Source: Epithemia pelagica (lineage: Eukaryota; Protista; Bacillariophyta). Taken from it: DNA of 64,000 nucleotides. Both the position numbers and the translations under genes were made by a program. Under the pieces are notes generated by a model. That model had not been told where the DNA came from. It did not search any database and was given only the letters and a program-made list of their open reading frames with translations. The stretch spans positions 3,658,001 to 3,722,000 of the forward strand of contig OX337231.1 of the NCBI GenBank assembly GCA_946965045.2, given 5' to 3'. Shown in pieces: positions 10,201 to 20,215 of this stretch (within the stretch, counting starts at the first letter, position 1; the number at the start of each line of letters is the position of its first letter).

Positions 10201-11202
10201 CCGGATTCGATCGGAGTACCCAAGATCTATCTGGGGAACCAAGTAGAAACTTTCGACATTGACAATGACGTGTCTAAAAGATGTTGGGCGCTAAGTTCAA
10301 AGCGATACGCAACAGAAGCCATACGGAATGTCAAGGTTTGGATGGATGAAAGAAACTTGAGTCTTAAGACTCGAGCCCCAAGCGTGCTGCCAACGGGATA
10401 CCGTCCAGAATTGGATACGAGCCCATATTGCAATGCTGATTGGCAATCGTTTTTCCAACAGCAGATTGGTGTCCTCAGATGGTTGGTCGAGCTGGGAAGG
10501 ATCGACATTACTGCGGAGGTTTCAATGTTGGCGGCTTTCCTAGCAGGAGCAAGAGAAGGTCATGTTCATGCGATGCTTCATGTCTTCGCTTATCTGAACT
10601 TGCATGACCGTTCGAGACTGGTATTAGACCCTTCATATATTCAACACGGAGAAGAGTTGACAGCTGATTGGGCAGGTTTTTATCCAGACGCCAAAGAAGA
10701 CATTCCGGCAGACGCTCCAGAACCATTGGGTAATCCAGTCCAGATGACTGTCTTCGTCGACTCTGATCATGCTGGAGATTTGATCACCAGACGTTCAAGA
10801 ACGGGAGTTTTAATCTATCTGAATCGAGCTCCGGTAACTTGGTACAGTAAGAAACAGACCAGCGTCGAAACATCAACATTTGGGTCAGAATTCATGGCTC
10901 TCAAAGTGGGCATTGAAATGGTAAAAGGACTTCGATACAAGTTAAGGATGATGGGCGTACCTCTGGATGGACATGCGCATATACGGGTTGATAACATGTC
11001 TGTGGTACTGAATACGTCGGTCCCTGAATCAACACTGAAAAAGAAGTCAAATTCAATCGCATATCATTTTGTTCGTGAGAATGTTGCGTCGGGCATGTGT
11101 CGTGTTGCTTTTGAACCGTCGAAGACTAACCTTGCTGACATTCTTACCAAGATCCAAACAGGTACAGAGAGAACACGGTTAGCATCAATGATTCTATATT
11201 AG
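7204..11202 (+). CDS. pol: E1 Pol (PR-INT-RT-RNase H); open from the codon after the gag UGA, first ATG at 7258
   Basis: PR ELDSHADTCC; INT VYTDTLF / VVPDNAPEL / NLAEANIRE; RT KARYVAGGH, ADIAGAYLNA, KALYGLK, IYIDD; RH VDSDHAGD, STFGSEF, NLADILTK. Confidence 0.97.
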   Translation, partial: RDVREIDALSRDISVRTSMCELDSHADTCCLGKDCLVLYETDKAEVSGFSTQLGKLKETPVITGVLAYDEPETGETYLLYFHQALHLPMMEKSLLNPNQMREAGIIVNDVPLKFIKQEQRTSESHSLVVPINDDNESTLTIPLELKGVISGFTVRKPSWEEIADVDPANRIEMTNDSPEWAPNDSAEEDVDERRLRQDVRQDMVRTRGSRSLSNRMAKMVRVNSRTVAETSHKRKGTIDPIGLASRWGIGLSVAERTFKATTQLGVRDFSQGVGSKRLKHTAYQLKHRRLRADVYTDTLFSDTKSLSQNTCGQIFATEFGWVQFYPLERKKDAHTALEKIFNDYRIFNSVVPDNAPELTSGKFKKTAQKFGCRIKPIEAWTPNQNLAEANIRELKRAYRREMRRTNAPAVLWDHCLQLVAERRSHTASATEPFDEGPPIKMLTGDTPDISHLVEHRWYDPVWYSNPGFENRELGRWLGPSKSVGQAMSSKILTRKGKIVHRTSVWPLSVEKSHDPSFTAQREQFDTDLKEALGNRFEGLDPEEGDDPAEEGNDTPFFEAYEDDEQEDTRVPEADDYKVDAYDKLISAKVMLPLGDSKRPGQVIRRKRDADGNPIGRSSSNPYLDTSLYEVEFHDGHVESYAANLIAENIYEQLDDEGNKYKLIDQIMDHRKDATAIPISEGTFFHNGREHKKKTTRGWHLCILWKDGSTSWEMLKDLKESYPLEVAEYAVANLLDKEPAFNWWVDFTLKRRARLIKAISSTRYMRKWQKYGIELPKTVERALQIDKETGTDFWAKALQLEMSKIFPAVKILEEGALHPPGHQVIPCHIVFDIKMDFTRKARYVAGGHRTQEPETPTYASVVSRESVRIGFLLAALNGINILAADIAGAYLNAPCHERVCTKCGLEFGKENEGRYAIITKALYGLKTSAFAWREHLSTTLQESLGFRPCRADPDVYLRASTKDDGSKYYELVFIYIDDVLVISQKAQEILNMIDQHYLLKPDSIGVPKIYLGNQVETFDIDNDVSKRCWALSSKRYATEAIRNVKVWMDERNLSLKTRAPSVLPTGYRPELDTSPYCNADWQSFFQQQIGVLRWLVELGRIDITAEVSMLAAFLAGAREGHVHAMLHVFAYLNLHDRSRLVLDPSYIQHGEELTADWAGFYPDAKEDIPADAPEPLGNPVQMTVFVDSDHAGDLITRRSRTGVLIYLNRAPVTWYSKKQTSVETSTFGSEFMALKVGIEMVKGLRYKLRMMGVPLDGHAHIRVDNMSVVLNTSVPESTLKKKSNSIAYHFVRENVASGMCRVAFEPSKTNLADILTKIQTGTERTRLASMILY

Positions 11203-11204
11203 TG

Positions 11205-11274
11205 CGTTTCCCGCCAACCTGTGTTGGGACTGGGTACGTCCTGCACCTAAAAGATGAAAGGGCTTTAAGCAGGT
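11205..11274 (+). promoter_or_regulatory. Conserved two-hairpin RNA motif after E1 pol stop
   Basis: GTTTCC...GGTAC-TCCTGC...AAGCAGGT shared with E3 (45632-45693, -) and E4 (57952-58015). Confidence 0.65.
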
Positions 11275-11338
11275 CTAGATGGAACGAGAGAAGATTGGCA
11301 CAGCTACTTCATTACGAGACGAAGAACTGTGAGGGGAC

Positions 11339-11459
11339 CAAAATATGGCTAGCCTATTGAGCGAAATTAGCGATAGTAAGGCTAGTAAGGCCTCTAAGCT
11401 TGAGGCATGAAATAGACACAATTTTTATATTTTCGAGTCACACCCCTACGCGTATTTTG
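11339..11459 (+). repeat. E1 3' LTR
   Basis: Identical to 5166-5286; preceded by purine tract gaggggac. Confidence 0.95.
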
Positions 11460-11798
11460 CTTTGAACGTCGAAAATTTGGGTCTATTGATCCAAGTGCTT
11501 CTACTCCTCAGCGCTGGTATGTGGAATCCAATACACAACTCCTAATCTACATGAGGATTCACAGTCCCTGTCAAGATAAGGATTGGACATAAGCCCTTCA
11601 TTGTCCGAGAAAGCAAGGATTGCAGAGATACGAGGTTATTCGTAATTCGTACCTCTCGTCTCTCGTCCCTCTCGTCTCTCGCCTTTTCAGTTTCCAGTTA
11701 GAGGTGAGGGTTCGTCTGATCTGTGAGTCCAAAGAGATTGACAGTCTTATTTCTTTATCCGTGGCTTTGTGTCAGTTATCCAAATTTATATTCTCGTC

Positions 11799-12878
11799 AT
11801 GTCACAAAACAAGACGCCGAGCGCCGCCAGATCGACGATTTCAAACCCAGGCTACAGCTACATGACCGCCCACGATCGTCCGATTGTACTCAAGAGTGTG
11901 GACGTATTGCTGGGGCGAGGAAGGGGAACCTACGGGCGCCAGGGAAACCAAGCCTTTATGCGAATAATCTCGTCGTATGTGCCAAACTATGCAGCGGCCA
12001 AGAGTAACAAAGGTGAGTTGCAGTCGAGCGTTTGGACCCTTTGGTACCACCCTATCAGAAACAATCTCATTGATTCTATTCCGCGATTTCCACCAGATAA
12101 AATCCGAATAACAGATGAGGTTGTGTCTCTTGTTCAGGATACTGGCGCTCGATTTTTGGGGAAAGACGATTCTACAGGGGAGGTTTATGAAGTGTCTCAT
12201 ACAGAAGCGCGGATGAAGGTGTCTCAGGTATGACCAAAGAAGTTGTTTTCAATCACAAAACAGTTCGATTCACATTTTCAATGGATGAATGACTGACACT
12301 GATGTTTCTTCGGTTTGCCGCAGGCCTTGAGACACAAGAGAGGTCCAGGTAACAAAGGAAAAAAGAAAATCAAAGCTGATTCGTCCATATCTTCTTCATC
12401 GCTTCGAAAACCGTCGGCCTCCGTAGAAAGTACTCACAAGCTTCCACAAAGTGACCCGAAGGATTCAAAGGTGATAACACCCGCTGTGGAGTCAGCATGG
12501 GCCATAGAAGACACATCACAAGATGAGGGTTTCATGACTTCTTTGGACGAAGAATGGATGTTATTTACTGGACAGTCACCTCATGTCTTGTCGGACTCCC
12601 TTCCAGTGGCGGCAGAACTATGCAAAGACATTGACGCCGCAGATAATTTCTTTTGGTCCTCTTGTTGCGATGAGGTCTCTCATTCACAGCTTCAGATTGA
12701 TCGTGTCTGTTCTCCATACAGAGAACGCCCCCTGCAACAACAGACCCATTCACAGACCCATTCGAGTGGTAGGGGCATCCGAGGGGAAAATAGAGGCAAT
12801 GGTCTCAGCTGTCCTATAGAGCATGGAAATCGCGAGCTGTTTGTCTTGGGCACTACAAACAATACGGACTATGGTTAG
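11799..12878 (+). CDS. DUF6824-like protein, 3 exons (11799-12012, 12097-12227, 12324-12878)
   Basis: DVLLGRG...GN...RFLG...EAR.KVSQ|ALR motif restored by two GT-AG introns; acidic low-complexity C-terminus. Confidence 0.8.
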
Positions 12879-12926
12879 AGCTTGGGGTGGCTAAAGGTAC
12901 TTAGCTACCCGTCCTATCATGCCACT

Positions 12927-13995
12927 CTAAATGGATGCAACATACGGCCTTTCTTCATCGCAGTTGTCGAACGTTACGGACGCAAGAAACTCGCCATCCT
13001 TATCAAGCAAGTCAGAGATTGAAAACTCTGAAAGACCATCAGTGCATTCGTATATGTCTTTCAAGAAGCAGTCTTCTTCTTCCTTTTCCCCGGGTTCTCT
13101 TCGAGCACTTTGATGCGATAAGCCGGGCTCCACCGAAGAGTCAAAGATTCCATCCATCCAATGATCACCGAAATCGATAGCCTCTTCTTTTTGCTGTTGT
13201 TCCTCGAAGAGCGGGTCACACGCTTCTTCTCTCAGCTGATACTTTGGACCCGTGGAAAACGTAGCTGGATTCCTGTCTAGTTCCTTACAAGTCTCCAGAT
13301 CACGACCATTACTGTCATTGGACCAACAGTGATTCGTCGATGAAGTGTCGCTAGTAGCGAACGAACAAGAAGAGGACCGACGTGATGCGTTCTTCTTCTT
13401 GAAAGAAGCCTTCTTCTTAACCCGCGGGGGTTTCTTTTTTGGGCCACGCTTATGCCTTAATGCCTTTGAAGATATGGAAACATTCATAAGTATAATGAAA
13501 CCAAGAGCAACACTAACAACATAATCTCATATACTTCTCACCTGTGCGACCTTGAGGCGCGCTGCACTGTCCGATATCTCAAAGAGCCGCTCATCGGTGG
13601 ATTCATCCATGGAGGATTCATTTTCGATTCCAAGAAACCTTCCACCTCTCTCTTTAACCTGTGATACAATCATGTTCGTAATTTGGATTTTATCCTGTTT
13701 TGCGATGATGTAAGACGAATGAAGCAGTGGACAACACGTGGAGCTGAAAACCTCGCTTTCTTCTTACCCTGTTTTTGGTTGCGGCACTGTAAGCTGGAAG
13801 GTACGAATTTAAAATTTCTTTGTACTTTACGTTGCCTTGCCATTCGTAGGCCCCTTTGCCCCTCCCTAGTAGAACGTCTTGAGGCCTGATGATTCCAATC
13901 AATGAGGAATCAGGAGTATTTACTCCCCAACTCCTCTTGCCACCGTTACACTTTTGCTTGATCGCACCTCGACTGCTGTTTGATGCCGGATCCAT
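12927..13995 (-). CDS. DUF6824-like protein, 3 exons (13995-13768, 13694-13542, 13463-12927)
   Basis: DVLLGRGKGAYEWQGN...GGRFLG...ARLKVAQ|ALRHKR restored by GT-AG introns at similar positions to the paralog. Confidence 0.8.
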
Positions 13996-14323
13996 GTCTT
14001 GGTGGACAAAACAAGAAAGCGCGTTGTTGTGAAAGACACGATGAGACGACAGAGTCGGAAGTTTTGTGAGTTGGACCTTTAGACTCTAGACTCTACTCGT
14101 AGAGGTCTAGAAGGAACCGAACCGTGTTCGATTTTCTATTGACGACTTTCACTACTTTTCAGTAGCGACTTCTTGCTACTAAGGTACTAGGAGTACTTCG
14201 TAGTAGTTCTTGTTTCTGACTATTATTATTTCTTCCGATATGCCTGTCATTTCTCGAGACTTAGGCCTATCAGTCTGAGAAGTACATCAGGCATCAGGGA
14301 TCAGGGATCAGGGACCATAGATA

Positions 14324-14624
14324 GAGGTTGGACCCGCACCGCGGTGCTGCGAATCAGATCCGCGGATCCGCGGTGCTGATCCCTGGCACCGCAACGAAAG
14401 AGACTGGCGGCTCCGATCCGCACTACTCGCACCTACGCACAGTAAAGGCGGGGTGCAGCGATTTGGTCCTCTCTAGGTCTGACCGCCCGTACGTCACATT
14501 TGTGCAGAGTACATAAAATCCCATAGTAGTGCGGAACTGCGGAACACGCGGGTACTTGGAGCCGCAAAGGCTGGGATGCGCGGGTAACCTACCCGCATCG
14601 ATTTGAGCTCGCGGGTCCAACCTC
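14324..14624. mobile_element. MITE-like element, 301 bp, 14-bp TIR GAGGTTGGACCCGC, TA flanks
   Basis: Perfect inverted repeats 14322-14337 / 14611-14626 including outer TA; TA duplication is typical of Tc1/mariner-derived MITEs. Confidence 0.55.
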
Positions 14625-14891
14625 TAACCATAGACCATAGACCATAGTATTGAGAGTATTCTCGATTCTTGTAGATCGAAAGAGAAAAAGAGAAAACAAC
14701 ACTACACAAGTCAGTGCTCCTACAATACCGCTCCTACTCCTACCTCCTACTCCTACCTATGATATCAACATAGAAATCAGTGCGTCAGTGCCGAGTGTCT
14801 ATGTATTGAGAAATACTCAAGATGATAAGGAAATAAAAGTCTCGTTCTATGGACTATGGAGGGCGATTGTACTACCCAGGTAGATCTACTA

Positions 14892-15497
14892 CTGCAACTT
14901 CCGGTAACTACCGGTGAGTCCCATATCAGCTAGCAATACCCAGAGGACAAGACCAAGAACTTCTTTGACAAAGGATCGATATTAATACAAAATACGTACT
15001 ATGAAACCATAGAGTATGGTTTCCCAATCTCTAGTATGGTACAAACGGGAATGTCGTGAGGGATGTCGTTTGATGTCGTGAGGGATGTCGTTTGATGTTG
15101 TTTGATGTCGTTTGATGTCGTTTCGGGCTCGCGCGGAAACATGGTTTGAGTCAAAATCAAGCGGTGCTCATTCAGTTGATTCAGCGATGGGGCTACCGTC
15201 AATGAGTCGTGTGTTTTCTGTTGAAGAATACCAACTGCTGGAGAGAAGAGCTTCTTTTGGCGATATAAAACAAACGACATCAAACGACATCAAACGACAT
15301 CAAAAGATATATACAATGTCCCCCGACATCCGTGACTCGGGATACTTGCCTCATATCGAAAGAATCTGTATCTAATATGATCATATCAGAGCTATTGGGG
15401 TGTGATAACGCAATATGAAAACGGTTGTTTTATCGTGACGATACTCTGAGAAGTAGAAAGATTTCGTACGTTTTGAGTCCATTACCGGAAGTTGCAG
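14892..15497. mobile_element. MITE-like element, 606 bp, 16-bp TIR CTGCAACTTCCGGTAA, TA flanks, internal inverted 10-mer arrays
   Basis: Perfect inverted repeats 14890-14907 / 15482-15499; (tttgatgtcg)n at ~15060-15122 mirrored by (aacgacatca)n at ~15270-15304. Confidence 0.6.
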
Positions 15498-15501
15498 TAA
15501 G

Positions 15502-15932
15502 ATTTGCGGAGTCCTGTCCCCCCGGAGTGTTACTGAAACGACCATGGGGGGGGACAGGACTACGCAATTTTGGATAATTTATCTTAAGATTCCATTCACC
15601 AAGTACATTTAAATTCATAGTAAATTAATTTTCAACATTGGGGTTGTAGACAAGGTTTGGTCGCACAATTCCAGTCAGGGGAAAGACCGTGCTTCAAAGC
15701 AAAACATTAACCCCAATGATATTACCCATCATACTGGATCTCTTGTTTCTCCTCTTTGATTGACCCCCATATAATGTCAGGCAGAGCGATAGAAAGCTCG
15801 GAACGTGAGGAATGTGGGGGTTACTCATAAGCCCAGAAAGAACCTACGGCAGATAAAAAGTTAGGGGGCCATGTACGTTTAAGGGGAGTGGGGGGGGGGA
15901 CAGGACTACAGGGGGGACAGGAATCCGCAAAT
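15502..15932. repeat. Inverted-repeat-bounded element with repeated ggggggacagga motif; ~143 bp shared (inverted) with 24055-24197
   Basis: 22-bp inverted repeats with 1 mismatch (15502-15523 / 15911-15932); 15549-15691 matches the reverse complement of 24055-24197. Confidence 0.6.
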
Positions 15933-16244
15933 TACGGTAGGTGGTAGAGATCCTACGGACTACCACCGTAGATTGTAGATTGTAGATTCCATGCTTCTTG
16001 GAAAATAGACTCCTATGTTGGGAACGAATAAGTCGTGCTCGTCCATTTTTTCCGAATCGCTCTTCATTCGTTGTTGGTCGCCTTTTTCTTCCTTCCGCCC
16101 TCCTGAGTCCTGAATGACAGTGACTCCCGCAAAATATGCACTTGGCGCATTGGTGCTTCTGGTGTTGCGTATTCTGTAGGATGTAGGGGTAGGTCGCATT
16201 AACGCGCTAGAGAGTAATGGCTGAAGTCTCACATCTTGTGTGGA

Positions 16245-16304
16245 GCCAGGCGCGTCGGTCGACGCAACCCTAGCGGGTGCGCGTGGCAGCGTTAAAATAG
16301 ATTG
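16245..16304 (+). repeat. 60-bp structured direct repeat, copy 1 (copy 2 at 17161-17220)
   Basis: 55/60 identity; both copies are followed by T-rich sequence. Confidence 0.85.
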
Positions 16305-16315
16305 TTTTTTTTAAG

Positions 16316-17220
16316 TCTGCGACAATCCGAAGCTTCATTGGAATTCCGGGGGATTCTTGCCCCATAAATCTGAAATCTCAAATCTCCCGCTTCATGTTGA
16401 TTGTACATTCACGATTGGCTACCACTTGGACATCTGCGCTCACGGTATGCTTCCTTCTATCAAGACTCATGTCCGTTATGTCCCACAACACTTGAAACGT
16501 GGTCACATTTTCTTCGTTGTCCACATCGACAATGGTCTGTCCCCTTGTTTTCTGATCTGGATAAATTGTGGAATTCCCTTCATGCTGATCCGACTATCAC
16601 CCTACTCCTCTCCGAATGTCTTCGCTCGTGGCTTCAAGATACGTCCCCTTCCATTTCCCTTGTTCCTTCAGTCTATCAACGCGCTCTTTTGTTGCAAATT
16701 ACCATCGGCATCGATCAGCTCTTCATGGGCCGATTCTCTTCTCACTGGTCTCGCTTACAAGATCAGTTTCTTTGCTCCCAAGGCATCTCTTCCCCTAAAT
16801 TTTCTGGTGTCCGTCTAGTTTCTTCTACCATCACTGTTCTCTGGCATCATGCGCATCGTCTGTGGCTCCAACGCAATCAGAATCTTCACGGCGATAATCC
16901 TGCAACTATTGAAGCTGCCGCATATTCTCAAGCTCAACGCGAAGTCCGAGCTCTCTACCTCCTTAAACCCCAAGTCAATCCCTCTGATACCATCCTTTTC
17001 TACGATTCTCCAGAAATCCATTTTACCTTCTCTACTACGTCCATCCAACTGAGGAACTGGCTCAATACTTGGCGCCCAGTCATCCTCCGGTCTGCACACC
17101 CTTTCCCGTAATGTTCCAACCTTTTTCTTGATTTGTTCGTCCTCGCCTCAGTTTTCTGAGGCCGGGCGCGTCGGTCGACGATACCCTAGCGGGTACGCGC
17201 GGCAGCGTTAAAATAGATTG
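16316..17220 (+). mobile_element. 5'-truncated non-LTR retrotransposon (LINE) 3' fragment
   Basis: ORF 16401-17111 has WLP...CPLC...ETWSHFLRC zinc knuckle and Q..IG...F.G..S..W / LW..RN motifs of LINE ORF2 C-termini; followed by a structured tail and a T-rich tract. Confidence 0.7.
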
Positions 17221-19065
17221 TTCCTTTTTTTTGGTTGGGAGAATACGAGATGATGATTACCCAATACGAGCCTTTGACATGGATGTGCGCGCATGTCGAC
17301 ACGCAGATCTATGACGTCATGTTCAGAAACACCATATTAACTATCTTACTTTGTGTGGAGACAGATTTTGTTGAATAGAAACTTAATGCCAATCCCAAAT
17401 TTTGAGCCGTTGAAATCGCAGCGCCATAACTCCACCAATACTTTGTCTCCGTCTGCACCACTTGCTTGAGTCATTCTTCATAGTACAAAGAAGGACTCAA
17501 GCAAGTGGTGCAGACGGAGATTGATTTTTCATCCGTTGAATGGTCCGTTGAATCCGAGGCTTCCAAAATTCATTGGATTGCGGTCGCACAATCTCGAGGT
17601 GCGGAATACCGCAAGACAGGAAAATGACAATCTTCTGACATTTTATTTAATTGAAACCAATTAAAGTTTTCTGATTACTTATAAGCGCCGGCCGACGAAT
17701 ATCGACGCCGGCATGGTAAAAGTTGTCCGTTCAGAAAAAAGGACACAAACATCCATGCCAAAGGCTCTACCCCCAAGCAATGGCGACCCGGTCAGTCGCA
17801 CCTAGTGTTGCATTCCCTTACTCAGAGTGCAGCTTTTTTCCGACTGAGGCCTGCGGGACTCACTCACCCTCGCTGGGGGGTACCAGATGCTCGTATTGCA
17901 ACTGCACGGGTTCGAAGCTCGAACGCAGACTCGTTCCGACTTCTGACCTCCTGATTCATGTGCTTCCATGGTGGGTTACATTGATTTTTTCTCGTCATCC
18001 ACATGAAAATGAATCTTGGAGGACTTGTTCCGACTTTTAAGTGAACCGGAACACGACAGAGTCGGGTTAGAGGAATGCTCATAAATTCAAAAAGCAACCC
18101 GATTGCGAGGTGCATTCCAAAGCTCCTTGTTGCTTGGCCGTTGTTCCAAAGATGTGTATCCTTGGCCATGGTTTGGATTTTATCCGTGTTTTCGGCTAAA
18201 TCGTGAGAGAGATCAGGGTTGTGTCGACAACACGGGTTGAATCCACATCATTGACATGGGAATGTAAACCTGCTTCGGTCTTGCTTTGATGCGGCCTTGT
18301 TCATGAAATCACTTACACCTTCTAGTTCCTTCTCTCTTTCTTCATGAACGCGACAGACGGATTCGTGAGACGGTCGGATTGAGTAATACTTGGATTTCGA
18401 CTCATACCCGAAGGATTATGCTCCGAATTTGCATACCCTCAAGTATACCAAGAACAGCCAGCAACAAGAAGAATATAGCAACGGCAATAACTTCAGGTAC
18501 ACCGGTGGTGGGTGGTGGTCTTGCCATCCAACAAGGCAGCAAACGTGGCGATAAAGGTAAAGGTCAAAATGGCAACATACATGAAAGCATCACGGGGTTC
18601 TTCCCATACAACAAACCAGAAGCTTCAATGGCCGTGCCAACCTTAACAGTGAACCAGTTATCCCAATCATTGATAATGCCGACAACGAATCCCTGAACGA
18701 CTACAGTGCCTCGAGTGTAAACAAAAGGAGCGTTCTTTGGAACGGCGTCGTGAGGTTTCGCACGGAAAGGATGCGCAACTACTTGTCGAGTATATGGAAC
18801 TCGTAAAGAAACACGGGGATACTGAAATTGCTACAGACAAACCAGCGCCACCACCTCCACCGCCGCAGGATACAGATCGTCTTCCGGGAGCAACCACCTC
18901 CGATGGTTCATTGTCTGTTTTGGGGGGGCTGATCAAATCCTAGATTCTCCCGGTGTCTTCCTTGATGTAACATGTTGTTTCTTTGAAATAACGCTAACGA
19001 AGAATTACAATTATCGATAAACATAAAAGATTGGACCTGCGACCTATCAATGAAGACCAGTCAAA

Positions 19066-20215
19066 TTAGCCGGGAAAATGGAGCGATGGTTCGCTTTCTT
19101 TTTCCAGCCACTCAAAGTTGTCCAAATTCAATCCTCTCATCGACGATTCATCGTATTCAAGCGCTCCTTCAAGAGAGTCTTCGCCCAACTCATCGACCTC
19201 CCGTTGTGCTTCGCTTTCAACTTCGTGTTCTGAAACTAGTGACACACTCATTTCGTCGAGCCACTCCAGGTCCAAGGCATGTTCGATCGTGGGAAGAGGA
19301 TGGGTCGGTGGTAGTAGTAGTAATGGATCCTCCTCAACCATACTGGGAGCAACAGGTTTGCTAACCGATTTTGTGTACGTATGGGTTTGTGCCCTAGCAG
19401 CTTTGGTGACTTTCACGTTTGGTCTCCGGGTACGAGTTGGTGCCTTTCTCGTACTCCGGCGGGCTACTCGAGGCGGCGCTGGGCTACGTCGGGAGGTTGC
19501 TCGCGTTTGATTAGTGTCTTTAATCAGACTGCGTCGATGCCGCAAGGCCTGCAGAATAAAAACAAAATGAAGCGCGATTAGAAGTTTGAGCTGTTCCAAG
19601 ACAAAACCTTGGGAACTGATCAACGTACCTGAGCCACTTTGAGCCTCGCTTCATTATCTGTGACCTCGTACAGTGCTCCGGTGGACGATCCGATGCGCAA
19701 AAAGCGGCCACCGTTGCTCTTGATAATATTGACTATTTCACTAGTAATCAAGATTTTGTCCTATTATACGTAACAACGATGATATTCCGTGAACAACAAA
19801 CGAAATGCAAAAATGAAACATCAGGAACCCAGTGCATGGCAAAAGACACAAAAAAGAGCGACAGGAACTGCAAAAAGAACTCTTGTCTTTCAACAATCCA
19901 ACGCACCTTATTCTTAGAAGCAGCAGCATATTTTGGAATTCGAGATGCAACGATTTTCGTGCAAATTCGATTTCCCTTATGCTCATATGCGCCTTTTCCT
20001 CTTCCGAGCAACACATCGGCATCGTTCACTCCGGCAGGAACAGAGCAGCCACTGGAATCCGGATCGCTGTCCGTGGTACTGGTACTGTGTTCCCGTGGCA
20101 CTTGCGGTACGTATTGGCTATCGGTGTTTTCGGAAGCTTCGCCGCTGGACTCAAAGTTCGCTCTCCCGACAGACTCTTTTTGCTTTGCTTGCCGGCTCCG
20201 CAGTATAGGAGGCAT
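19066..20215 (-). CDS. DUF6824-like protein, 3 exons (20215-19907, 19760-19629, 19548-19066)
   Basis: DVLLGRGKGAYEHKGN...GGRFL...EARLKVAQ|ALRHRR restored by GT-AG introns; start codon inferred. Confidence 0.78.

Larger units (their letters stand above)
5166..11459 (+). mobile_element. E1: full-length Ty1/Copia LTR retrotransposon (diatom CoDi-like), apparently intact
   Basis: Identical 121-bp LTRs, CTTT flanking both ends (5162-5165, 11460-11463), PBS at 5287, PPT gaggggac at 11331-11338, gag then PR-INT-RT-RH order. Confidence 0.97.

Noticed and set aside
11205-11274. HDV-like, hammerhead or twister ribozyme in the 3' motif or the LINE tail
   Set aside because: Core signatures (CUGANGA/GAAA; nested double pseudoknot with catalytic C) could not be fitted.
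11203-11338. SECIS element explaining UGA recoding as selenocysteine
   Set aside because: No AUGA/GA quartet with an apical AA at proper spacing is shared by E1, E3 and E4.
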